Part shown: positions 47,189-60,900 of the stretch, piece after piece
Layout: each line of letters starts with the position of its first letter
Position numbering within the stretch: position 1 is the stretch's first letter
DNA from: Eukaryota sp. TZLM1-RC
Taxonomy: Eukaryota > Protista > Metamonada: BaSk clade
Length of the DNA: 64,000 bases
Direction of reading: 5' to 3'
Assembly (NCBI GenBank): GCA_040285825.1
Contig: JAUPSS010000008.1
Location: 1,286,996 to 1,350,995 of the forward strand
Notes under the pieces: generated by a model
What the model was told of the DNA's origin: nothing
Database searches by the model: none
Seen by the model: the letters and a program-made list of their open reading frames with translations, nothing else
Program-made: the position numbers and the translations under genes

Positions 47189-48159
47189 TATTTATTAATA
47201 AACATATAAATCAACATTTAAGTAATCCATCTCTCGCGAAACAAAACAACTAGATGCAACTCTCTCATAGTAATATCCAAGAGAAAGCAAAGCATCAGAA
47301 ACCATCTTCGACGTCCCCTTAAAAATAGAAAACACAATTGTATTTTGCCAAAACAATTTATTGAAATTTCTGTTAGTTCTTCTCTTTACAATCATTTTAA
47401 AATCTGCCAAAAAACGTATAGTTGGTGGAGCAAGTGAACCAAGAAAGGACAATACAAATGGATACAAATTGTATTTTGCATGGTGTTGGCTGGACAAATT
47501 GGATAAAGTTTCATTGTATTTTTTGATTTTGAAATTTTCAGCATTTGAAAGCGGATAATGAATTTCAGAATTAGCAAGGCTTTCATTTGAGGCATTACAA
47601 GGATCAACAGACATTACAACCAATAAAATGAAGGTTCCATCCAATCCAGGTAATATGACATCACCTCTATTATTCTTATGAAAATCATCTTCAGTATCAA
47701 ACGTATTTGACCACAGAGGTTCCAAAAAGGATTCAATTCTATGAGACTTACACATATAATTGGTCTCTTACAGCATCATGAACCTTGCTTCTAAAAGTAA
47801 TAAAATGTTTACAATTTAACAAATGAGTAATTGTAATTTTTCGAGAACATTTACAAATTAAATTATGAGGTAAATTATCAGGCATAGGATAGAGGAACAA
47901 AATCTCATATTCAAAGTCCAAGCAGAATCAGTTAAGAGAGTGCCATATACTTGAGGAGTTGTTGTTACTAAGGCAGAAGATGTACTATCACACATATCTT
48001 GTAAAACATTTGCAAAAGCAGGGTTCTTTTTCTTGGCCAAATGGGACTCCATCCCAATTTACATATATGATCGTGTTTAACGAATGCTCAAGACTTTTCC
48101 TAATTAATGAATATTTAGGAATCTTTTTTTCTTGTGTGTACATTGTAATGGTTAAGAGC
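47189..48159 (-). mobile_element. 5'-truncated RLE non-LTR insertion, family R3
   Basis: HLLNCKHF, VHDAVR, MCKSHRIESFLEP, NRGD...AENFKIKKY; AATAAATAAA tail; possible 7-bp TSD TAATATT. Confidence 0.85.
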
Positions 48160-48941
48160 TAATATTGTTTTAATTCTTGAAAATTGTCATTTATTTGTTT
48201 TTTTAAAAATGTCTCTTCTACTTTTTATCACTCATGTTCAATATCACTAAATTGGTCTGCACAATTCAATCACGTGACTTCCTGGTGATGCTGAAATGAA
48301 TAAAAGACAGAGTTGGAAAGGATAAATACACCTATACGTTATATGTTATTGAGAAGAATTGCTAAGGAATATCTCTTGACCCTGGTAAAACAAAATTTTG
48401 CCAATGTAGGGCAATATCGTTGATATTGAGCTGGTACGATGAGCGCCATTGCTAAACTGATGGTATCTCCTCTTAATATAGAGTAATTTCCACGCTATAT
48501 CTTTCATTTATGAGTCAATTTGGAGTTATTTCTAATTTTGTTCATAAATATCATTTCGTTCTGATTGTTATTCTTTCTTGAAGTGCGTGTTCAGCTGTGA
48601 ATAATAAAGAGATTGATAAGGAGATCAATTTCAGACAAAATGAAGGCTACATCACCACAGAAAAAAACCATGTGACGCATTGGAAGGAGATATGAACATA
48701 GTATAGTTACATGAACAATATAGTCAGCTACTGGATGATAGTACAATTTTGCTTTTGCAATTTCCTAGTTTGTGTAGGCTTACTAACAACAAAACAAAGA
48801 TAACAGAAAAAAACAGCATACACGCACCTACTGGATAACTTTGATACCATCAAATACTGAACAAAATTTTTATTAAGTGTGTAAAACACAATAAATATAC
48901 CATTATGTACAAAAATTGCAAAATACTATACAACACAAAAC

Positions 48942-51900
48942 TTACACAGTAAAAGACAATGTGACAGCTATTGCGGCAAATAGACAGAGATAACGGTCAA
49001 TTTTCTTCAAAAACAAACCCATTACTAAAAATGAAATGACCTTTAATTTCACAAAATAGAAATAAGGAATTAAAATGTCAGTAAGATATATAGAGACAAT
49101 AAAAATAACTCCAACGAAATGAGTGGATTTAAAGCATAATAGCGAAATAAACAAAATGATAGCAATGGATAGACCTAAATAAACGAAAAAACTTAGATCA
49201 AACTGAGGCAAAAGAGAGAAAAAACTTAAGAAATAAAGCATAAAAGAGTACTCAGCAATTTCAAAACGACAAAGCTTGAGTTTTTTCCCATATAATATAA
49301 ACAAAACAACGTAAAATATTAAGTAAGTTAGCAAGAAAATAATCAAAATACTTGTTTGACATGAAAAACGTGGGAAAATTAAACAACAACGGGAAACAAT
49401 AATAGAAAGTAATCCAGTAAGACCATAATAAGACAGCTCAGCAACCACAAGGAAGACAACAAAAATAGAAAATAATGGTTTTTTGAGAAATTTATTCAAA
49501 ACCTTTTGTGGAACATTCCTTTTAAATAGAGGAGCAGTTCCTATCATGTCAATATTAAATTTTTTAATCCCCCTATAATAAAACTCGGCAAAAATAAAAA
49601 CAACTGTCAAACTCAAAACAGTTGTAATAGCGATTAAATAATTGGTTGTTGATCGTTCAATACATTCAGTTCCAAAAGCATCAAATCCTTCCTCACAATC
49701 TAAACAATGCTCCCCTTTATGACCTTGAATACAAGTATTATTTCTGCATAAATGGCGGAGAACACATTCAAAGGGTAGAAACTGACTTGAAAAAAGAAAA
49801 CCATCTTGGAAAGAATTGATGTGACCGTATTCGCAAGTAGTTTTGTCAGGACATCTGACACATTCTCCATCAATTTCCACAAAATTCCGTTGACAAACAC
49901 AATCATCAAGACTAGAAGACCCTTCATTAAAAGTGATTCTTCCCAGTGGACATTGCTGGCACTGTTGCTCAGTTCTGGGGTCTGAAAAAGTGTTTCGTGG
50001 ACATTTATCACATGATTGAGCGGAATTGAGTGCATACCCAGGAGCACATATACAATCTCCATTATTAAAAACCATTGGAAAAACACAGTCAACAGAAGTC
50101 AGCTGAATGGAATAACTGAGATCATCTAAAGAGAAAATCAAATCAAAATCAATTAACGGGGGAGTAACAACTTCTAACCCCGACTGTGTTTTGAATATTT
50201 GGAATTCCTCAAAATTATGACTAGAAGAGCTCACTGACACATCATCCACCATAAATGTGTAGGTATAAAAAGACAAGGACTTGTACAAAAACATTGTAAA
50301 TTCCAAGTAAAACTCAGTACATGTGAAAGTACCAAAATGAGCATTATGACAAGGCGAAATTTTCAGCAAATCTACAGTAAAAAATGTACGAACCTGCTGG
50401 TGTAGCTCAAAAAGCCACGAACCAACCTGAGTTGATCCAGAAACAGCATAGTAAACGTCCTGAATTCCCAAAGATTGAAATGACTTGATGAAAATTAAAC
50501 ACTGAATAGCTGTACAGTTTTCTACATCAATATCGAGTGAAGAGTGTACGATGGACACGTCAATTCCTTTGCAGGAAGTTACAAAACCAAAACATCTTTA
50601 CATTCAACATCAACGGTAATGGATTCATTGGTAAATGTTATTTCAAAGGTGAAGAAATCCAATGTTACAGGAGCTTGGACATCGTAATTTAAGGTAAGAG
50701 ATTGTTCAGGAAAGTAACAATCTTCAGCAAACACAAGCGTTTCAAAAGAAACATTACTAATTTCTTCTGATATTCCCAATGAAACATTTGATAAAAATGA
50801 AGAGTAATCTGAGAAGAAGTAGTTATTGTAAACAATAACAGAATTAATATCAACATGATTACCAGTTGAAGTAACACCTAATTCTGCATTGTGAGGAACA
50901 AGACAAACGTAAGGGTTAAACCCATTCACTTCAATTTCTAATAGGTAGACATCTTGAGCAGCTAACAATTCCAATGATTCCACTACTACCAACTCTGAAA
51001 ACAAAGTAATACACTGTGAAGCAAACCCAAATCCATTTGGGATCGAATGACAAGACCAATCTGAATATAAATGTAAAATTTCAAGTGGGGAAGTTGTTCT
51101 ACTAGCTGAGGTACAGTCAGAATCAACAGTGATTGTAATATATCTAACGTCGAATTCACCATCAAAATTGATTGATAATGTAGAATTTGATGGGAAATAG
51201 ATCGAACAATCATTAAGAGGTCCAGAACAACAGCGAACACCATCAACTATTGCCTTTCCATCACCGTAATAGTGAGAAAAACCTAAATTTGAAGGTCCAA
51301 GCTTAACCAAGGATGGATCATTAGAAACATAACAATCATCACTGAAAACAGGTTCCACATCAACTATTATGGAATCCAAAACATTTGAAGAAGAGTCAAC
51401 GATAGCAAGGTTTGTGGTTGGTTGAATTCTGACAGTTTGAGCATCCTTGCAACAAATTTTGTCATTGTCTACAAACGTCAAGAAATAAACATCATCAATA
51501 ATGCACCTTAACCCAAAACCAGAAACATAATAGTCAACATACATGCAAAAATCCACTGAAGAAATAGGCGACAGGGATTCACCCATAGATTCTAGTGATA
51601 AACGATGTACAGTAAAATTAGACACTTTGACTTCATAGTCTACAAATAAAGGGGAATTCCAATAAAGTTCAAAAAGAAAACTTCCTGAACTATTTACCCG
51701 AGGAAGCTCCAACGAAACAACTGTTGATGAATCTTGATAAGAGATACTGTGAATAGTGGCAGGGAGGTTTAAACCAATAAACCATTGAAAACTACCTTGA
51801 GATACGAAATTTTCAACAGAAACATCAACAGTAACATTTTCATAGTAGAAGAGCTCAAGAGGACTAATGACCTGAAATATTGACTCAGGCAAAACGTAGA

Positions 51901-54900
51901 CCTGAAAATCTTTGGTCATGGTATTATCTCCTTCACTTACACTTAAGCTTAGCTCAAAGTTCCCAGTAGCAGAAAACTCAACCAAAACACTCAATTCAGA
52001 GTTTATAATTGAAGTATCTCCCACAATACACAATGGGGAATGGCAATCTAAGTTAAAAACACCACTCAAACCATCAGGAACTGGAATAGAGACTATTGAT
52101 CTCACATTTACAAAGAATAGAGTAGGTTGTATCTCAAAAGAGTCAATGCAATCTACCAAAACAAGACGGGAATTAGAACCATCTCCTACTTGAATAGTGA
52201 CTGGGCATTCATTAAGTGTTTCAAGGTTGAGAAAGTTGAAGCCAGGGTTAATTAGAAAATTCAATGTAGAAATTTCTATTTGAACACTTGATGGAGAGTC
52301 AAAGAAAATATGAGCTCTACTATTGGTGAAGAGAGTGGGCAAATCAAGCGGATCCAAAATTTCAATAGTGATATCTGTTTCAGAACTACTTAGGATACTA
52401 CGAGTTGATAGTTGATATGAACCAATCAAAAGCTCTGTTACACAAGCAGATACAGTAATTGCATCAACTTTACTAGTTGTAATAGAAAAATCTGAAATGG
52501 CAAAAGAGTTGTCGAAATTGAGATAATTATTGAAATTAGTTCCAGTAATTTCAACACAGGTTGTTGTGGTAGGGCCAAAATACATTACCCTAGAAGGTGA
52601 GATGGAGATAACTTCTGCAATATCAGGAAAGTTTGAAATAGAAAAACAAGAAATAGATACATTTGAACACAATTCCAGATCAGCTTTTGTGGTAAAAGGA
52701 AGAAATGTTACTTCAGAATAGTTTGAATGTCCAATATAACTAACAATTCGCATTGAGGAATCTTCCTTAACCTGGGGATAGAGAGTCGTAAAGTCTAGTT
52801 CCCCTTCAACAGTAGCGAGTAAAACATTGCATTCGGTATCTACAAAGCAAACTCCTTCAATGGGAAAAGCTTCAATATTGGCGATTCTAATGGAAAAAGA
52901 CTCATTAATAGTTGGAATAAAAGAAACTGTACAATCAACAATTTCAGTTAATTCATCCAATTGATAGATACCAATAGAAATACGGTCAAAATGATTACGA
53001 CTAGGTTCAAAATACACCAAACCATCACTACAAATGACGTCAGCATGTTGTAAGCACCCACTTTCAAATAATTTACTAAAAGAATTTCCTTCTATGGTGA
53101 TCATACCACCAGAATTTGGCAAGATACTAGGAAACACCTTAAACGAAGGAGCAATCAATTCTACTTCAACAAAGTTACTAAATTGGTTTCCAATAACTAC
53201 TGCGACGTTTAACTTTGGGCTAGATGTACAAACAAATATTAACCGTAAAATTGCGTAACTAAAAGAAACAGTGAAAGGTTCAAAGTCAAATGAAGTATTC
53301 GATATATACAAATCAAAATGGAGTAAATCACCCAAATTAAACCCAGAAACCACAATATCAGATGAAAAGGGAACCAATGGTGGGGATAGTGAACTAATGA
53401 CTGGAATTTGATAACAAAACTCAAACTCGGTATTAGGTCTACTGGTAGGATAAAAAGTCACGTTATGACATCCAGAAAACAAAGGTACATCGAAAGTAAT
53501 AGAATAATGGTCAAAATCAACAGAATTCAAAGTAATGTTGAGCAAATCAACAGTAACGTAAATAGGGTGAAGAGAAGAACCAAAATTAACACCTGAAAAA
53601 ATAACAGGACCACCAATTGTTGGCGGTTTAGAGGATTCCATAATGGTAAAAGGACAAAGACTAAATTGAAACGAAGTCAATACAAATTGATTGTTAACAG
53701 TAAAATTGAACAAAATTGAGTTAAATTGTTCGTCAACACCCCAAATATTTGAGAGTAAGAGATCAAATTTTTGACCGTCTTTATAGAGATCAAAATGTTG
53801 AGTGCCAATCACTTCCACATCCAAGTAATCATTAACAGACCAAGCATAATCAAAAGGGATAATTATTCGACAATTCTCAGTTGGACAGCAGGAACTACCA
53901 TAGTTAATATCAACATCAAACACCTGCTCATCTTGAAATATATAAGGATCAGCTCCAGTAAACAAAGAATTTGACTCTGAAACATTGGAAATGACACACA
54001 ATTGACCAGTGTTAAAGTTAAAAGTACTTCCATCTGAAACTAATTCATCAATTAAGAGAAAGGGTTCAAGGTTACGAAAGCTAAATTCAGAGTTCAAAGC
54101 ATGCACCTGAACCATCGATACAATAGCAGGAACATCAGAAACAGTAAACTTTGAATTCTCACAATAGATGTTGTGAATGGAAAATAAGGAAGATTTAATT
54201 TCAATTAGTAGTGTAGAATTGTACAAATCAACAATTACAAGCTCAGTAATGGCAGAGAAAATATGTACAATGGAGGTGAAAACATTGATTGAATCAAAAG
54301 TAAATGTTGAAAAAGAGTCGAAAACTAACAAACCATTGTCAAGTGACAACATATTCAAAGGACTTGTCCAAAATCCACTAACGTAAACCTCTGCGTTTTC
54401 CATTAAAATCAATCCCAAATCGGAAGTGAGGTTTGAATTATGAAGAAAATAGGCAATTGAATTGATGAACATGAGGGCATCAGCTTCGAAAAACACAAAT
54501 GAATAAATAGTGAGTTCATTGGAAAATAGATTTGAGGAACCCTTGTTCAATGTGAGATCACCTTGCACATCCACAGTCCATTCAAAAACAGAATTATTAC
54601 ATGAAATAGAATTACGAAATAACAAACTATTGTCAAAGGAACCACTACTGAGAAAAGAAGCATTATTTAAATAACATGGCCCAAAAACTTCAACTGTTGA
54701 GTCAAAAGAACCAGAAACTTCAATTTCCATAAAACTGGCATTGTTGTTGAATTCAATTGAGGAAGAATCTAAATAAAAAGAACTCTGGGAAAAAATGACA
54801 TCTGGTTTGATTAAAAGTTTGTGTTGATCTCTAATTTGATTGATATAGTTAGTTTCACCATTAATCACATGACAGCTTTCAGTACATTTAGTTTGGGAAT

Positions 54901-57900
54901 TACCAGTAAAAGTTGTACCTGAAAAACTCAACTCTCCGACTATTAAAATTCCATTACCTTTTCGAGTTGATGAGAGGAGATAAACATCACTAAAAGTATA
55001 AATAGTATCTGAGTTTGTTAAATCCAAGTCTGAACTATCAAGAACAAAATCTGCAGAAATGATGAGATCATCCTCATAATTGAATTCAATATTACCATTA
55101 TTTGAACTGAAACCACTTAAAGAATCTAGCTTTGTATTGAAAAATGAAGCACTAGCTGTAGATTCAGAGTTAATAGTAAAACTACTTGCCTTTAAATCAC
55201 CATTATTAAAGGTAACAGATCCTTCTTGGAGTTCAATTGAGTCAATGTCAATACTTTCAAAAGTGTCATCATAGTCAAAAGTAACGTGACCAGTTTCTAT
55301 TTCTAGCGAGTCTAATGATTTAAATTCAGCACCATTAAAAGTTAATTCATTGTCAGTTTTAACAATAAAATCATCAGTATCCACCTTTGAACCAGAAGTA
55401 AACGTCAACTTTCCATGTGAGTGAGTGATGGAACCAATTCCTGTATAAGTACCTTCAATTGATAATTCAATAGGTTCCTGTAAAGTTAGCGTATTTGGAT
55501 GAACTTCAAGCTTGGAATTTTCGTTAAATGTATAAGAATCTCCTTTGAAAATAGCTTCACCACCATCTAAAACCTTTAAAGTTCCACCAATGGTATTATC
55601 TACATCTAATTCTAATTTACCATTTACATTAATAGTGCCTTGTAAATCAAATAAATCCTCAATTACCAAAATACCTTCTTCCTCTATATTAAGTGTACCC
55701 AATATTTGGAAATCTGTTTTGGATGAGGTTGAAACAATAAGTGTAGAATCGAGTTGGAAAACCAAATCTAACGGTAAAATAAATTGTCCATCTAATATTT
55801 CCAACCTAGCATTTCCAGAATTAATTTGACCTCCACTATTAAATGTAAACTTATGAAGGTCACTTATTTTGTTATTATTAAGGGAATGATCTAAAATTTG
55901 ACAATTTTCATTACAAATTGTTTCACCACTTTCAGCAAATTCACTATTGGCAATTGACAAACTCTTAGCTACCAAATTACCAGCACCATTTCTAGTAGAA
56001 TCTATTAATTTTACATCATCAAAGTTATAATTAACAGAATTTTTCAAAGTTAGCTCGGAATTTTCCAAGTCAACATCAAAAGCTATGTCAAAATCATCAT
56101 CATATTCCAAAGTTAAATGACCCTTTATGGACGTGAAACCACTTAAAGAATCTAGCTTTGTATTAAAAAATGAAGCACTAGCTGTAGATTCAGAGTTAAT
56201 AGTAAAACTACTTGCCTTTAAATCACCATTATTAAAGGTAACAGATCCTTCTTGGAGTTCAATTGAGTCAATGTCAATACTTTCAAAAGTGTCATCGTAA
56301 TCAAAAGTAACGTGACCAGTTTCTATTTCTAGCGAGTGTAATGATTTAAATTCAGCACCATCAAAAGTTAATTCATTGTCAGTTTTAACAATAAAATCAT
56401 CAGTATCCACCTTTGAACCAGATGTAAACGTCAACTTTCCATGTGAGTGAGTGATGGAACCAATTCCTGTATAAGTACCTTTAATTGTTAATTCAATAGG
56501 TTCCTGTAAAGATAGCGTATTTGGATGAACTTCAAGCTTGGAATTTTCGTTAAATGTATAAGAATCTCCTTTCAAAACAGCTTCACCACCATCTAAAACC
56601 TTTAAAGTTCCACCAATGGTATTATCTACATCTAATTCTAATTTACCATTTACATTGATAGTGCCTTGTAAATCAAATAAATTCTCAATTACCAAAATAC
56701 CTTCTTCCTCTATATTAAGTGTACCCAATATTTGGAAATCTGTTTTGGATGAGGTTGAAACAATAAGTGTAGAATCGAGTTGGAAAACCAAATCTAATGG
56801 TAAAATAAATTGTCCATCTAATATTTCCAACTTGGCATTTCCAGAACTAATTTGACCTCCACTATTAAATGTAAGCTTATGAGGTTCAGTTAATTTGTTA
56901 TTATTAGGGGAATGATCTAAAATTTGACAATTTTCATTACAAATTGTTTCACCACTTTCAGCAAATTCACTATTGGCAAATGACAAACTCTTAGCTACCA
57001 GTTTACCAGCACCATTTCTAGTAGAATCTACTAATTTTACATCATCAAAGTTATAATTAACAGAATTTTTCAAAGTTAGTTCGGAATTTTCCAAGTCAAC
57101 ATCAAAAGTTATGTCAAAATCATCATCATATTCCAAAGTTAAATGACCCTTTATGGACGTGAAGCCACTTAAACAATCTAGCTTTGTATTGAAAAATGAA
57201 GCACTAGCTGTAGATTCAGAGTTAATAGTAAAACTACTTGCCTTTAAATCACCATTATTAAAGGTAACAGATCCTTCTTGGAGTTCAATTGAGTCAATGT
57301 CAATACTTTTAAAAGTGTCATCATAGTCAAAAGTAACGTGACCAGTTTCTATTTCTAGCGAGTCTAATGATTTAAATTCAGCACCACTAAAAGTTAATTC
57401 ATTGTCAGTTTTAACAATAAAATCATCAGTATCCACCTTTGAACCAGAAGTAAACGTCAACTTTCCATGTGAGTGAGTGATGGAACCAATTCCTGTATAA
57501 GTACCTTCAATTGATAATTCAATAGGTTCCTGTAAAGTTAGCGTATTTGGATGAACTTCAAGCTTGGAATTTTCGTTAAATGTATAAGAATCTCCTTTGA
57601 AAATAGCTCCACCACCATCTGAAACCTTTAAAGTTCCACCAATGGTATTATCTACATCTAATTCTAATTTACCATTTACATTAATAGTGCCTTGTAAATC
57701 AAATAAATCCTCAATTACCAAAATACCTGCTTCCTCTATATTAAGTGTACCCAATATTTGGAAATCTGTTTTGGATGAGGTTGAAACAATGACTTTAGGG
57801 TTTGCAGAAATCAAACTCCCTTCCTTTAAAATAAAAGTAGCTGAATTAATTTGGAAGTAGAGAGGAGATTCAGAATCCATATTACCATTACCATCAAAAA

Positions 57901-60900
57901 TTAATTCGTGGGAATCTTTTACATTTATAATGTTAGTTTCACCATTGATCACATCGCAGCTTTCAGTACATTTAGTTTGGGAATTGCCAGTAAAAGTGGT
58001 ACCTGAAAAACTCAACTTTTCGACTATTAGCATTCCATTACCTTTTCGAGTTGATGAGAGAAGATAAACATCACTAAAAGTATAAATAGTATCTGAGTTT
58101 GTTAAATCCAAGTCTGAACTATCAAGAACAAAAGCTGCAGAAATGATGAGATCATCCTCATAATTAAATTCAATATTACCATTATTTGAACTGAAACCAG
58201 TTAAAGAATCTAGCTTTGTATTAAAAAATGAAGCACTAGCTGTAGATTCAGAGTTAATAGTAAAACTACTTGCCTTTAAATCACCATTATTAAAGGTAAC
58301 AGACCCTTCTTGGAGTTCAATTGAGTCAATGTCAATACTTTTAAAAGTGTCATCATAACCAAAAAGTAACGTGACCAGTTTCTATTTCTAGTGAGTCTAA
58401 TGATTTAAATTCAGCACCATTAAAAGTTAATTCATTGTCAGTTCTGACAATAAAATCTCCGGTATCAACCTTTGAACCAGAAGTAAACGTCAACTTTCCA
58501 TGTGAGTGAGTGATGGAACCAATTCCTGTATAAGTACCTTTAATTGTTAATTCAATAGGTTCCTGTAAAATTAGCGTATTTGGATGAACTTCAAGCTTGG
58601 AATTTTCGTTAAATGTATAGGAATCTCCTTTGAAATTAGCTTCACCACCATCTAAAACCTTTAAAGTTCCATCAATGGTATTATCTACATCTAATTCTAA
58701 TTTACCATTGACATTAATAGTGCCTTGTAAATCAAATAAATTCTCAATTACCAAAATACCTTCTTCCTCTATATTAAGTGTACCCAATATTTGGAAATCT
58801 GTTTTGGATGAGGTTGAAACAATGACTTTAGAGTCTGTAGAAATCAAACTCCCTTCCTTTAAAATAAAAGTAGCTGAATTAATTTGGAAGTAGAGAGGAG
58901 ATTCAGAATCCATATTACCATTACCATCAAAAATTAATTCGTGGGAATCTTTTACATTTATAATGTTAGTTTCACCATTGATCACATCGCAGTTTTCAGT
59001 ACATTTAGTTTGGGAATTACCAGTAAAAGTGGTACCTGAGAAACTCAACTTTTCGACTATTAGCATTCCATTACCTTTTCGAGTTGATGAGAGAAGATAA
59101 ACATCACTAAAAGTATAAATAGTATCTGAGTTTGTTAAATCCAAGTCTGAACTATCAAGAACAAAAGCTGCAGAAATGATGAGATCATCCTCATAATTAA
59201 ATTCAATATTACCATTATTTGAACTGAAACCAGTTAAAGAATCTAGCTTTGTATTAAAAAATGAAGCACTAGCTGTAGATTCAGAGTTAATAGTAAAACT
59301 ACTTGCCTTTAAATCACCATTATTAAAGGTAACAGATCCTTCTTGGAGTTCAATTGAGTCAATGTCAATACTTTCAAAAGTGTCATCGTAATCAAAAGTA
59401 ACGTGACCAGTTTCTATTTCTAGCGAGTGTAATGATTTAAATTCAGCACCATTAAAAGTTAATTCATTGTCAGTTCTGACAATAAAATCTCCGGTATCAA
59501 CCTTTGAACCAGAAGTAAACGTCAACTTTCCATGTGAGTGAGTGATGGAACCAATTCCTGTATAAGTACCTTTAATTGTTAATTCAATAGGTTCCTGTAA
59601 AATTAGCGTATTTGGATGAACTTCAAGCTTGGAATTTTCGTTAAATGTATAGGAATCTCCTTTGAAATTAGCTTCACCACCATCTAAAACCTTTAAAGTT
59701 CCATCAATGGTATTATCTACATCTAATTCTAATTTACCATTGACATTAATAGTGCCTTGTAAATCAAATAAATTCTCAATTACCAAAATACCTTCTTCCT
59801 CTATATTAAGTGTACCCAATATTTGGAAATCTGTTTTGGATGAGGTTGAAACAATGACTTTAGAGTCTGTAGAAATCAAACTCCCTTCCTTTTAAAAATA
59901 AAAAGTAGCTGAATTAATTTGGAAGTAGAGAGGAGATTCAGAATCCATATTACCATTACCATCAAAAATTAATTCGTGGGAATCTTTTTACATTTATAAT
60001 GTTAGTTTCACCATTGATCACATCGCAGTTTTCAGTACATTTAGTTTGGGAATTACCAGTAAAAAGTGGTACCTGAGAAACTCAACTTTTCGACTATTAG
60101 CATTCCATTACCTTTTCGAGTTGATGAGAGAAGATAAACATCACTAAAAGTATAAATAGTATCTGAGTTTGTTAAATCCAAGTCTGAACTATCAAGAACA
60201 AAAGCTGCAGAAATGATGAGATCATCCTCATAATTAAATTCAATATTACCATTATTTGAACTGAAACCAGTTAAAGAATCTAGCTTTGTATTAAAAATGA
60301 AGCACTAGCTGTAGATTCAGAGTTAATAGTAAAACTACTTGCCTTTTAAATCACCATTATTAAAGGTAACAGATCCTTCTTGGAGTTCAATTGAGTCAAT
60401 GTCAATACTTTCAAAAGTGTCATCGTAATCAAAAGTAACGTGACCAGTTTCTATTTCTAGCGAGTGTAATGATTTAAATTCAGCACCATTAAAAGTTAAT
60501 TCATTGTCAGTTCTGACAATAAAATCTCCGGTATCAACCTTTGAACCAGAAGTAAACGTCAACTTTCCATGTGAGTGAGTGATGGAACCAATTCCTGTAT
60601 AAGTACCTTTAATTGTTAATTCAATAGGTTCCTGTAAAATTAGCGTATTTGGATGAACTTCAAGCTTGGAATTTTCATTAAATGTATAGGAATCTCCTTT
60701 GAAATTAGCTTCACCACCATCTAAAACCTTTAAAGTTCCATCAATGGTATTATCTACATCTAATTCTAATTTACCATTGACATTAATAGTGCCTTGTAAA
60801 TCAAATAAATTCTCAATTACCAAAATACCTTCTTCCTCTATATTAAGTGTACCCAATATTTGGAAATCTGTTTTGGATGAGGTTGAAACAATGACTTTAG

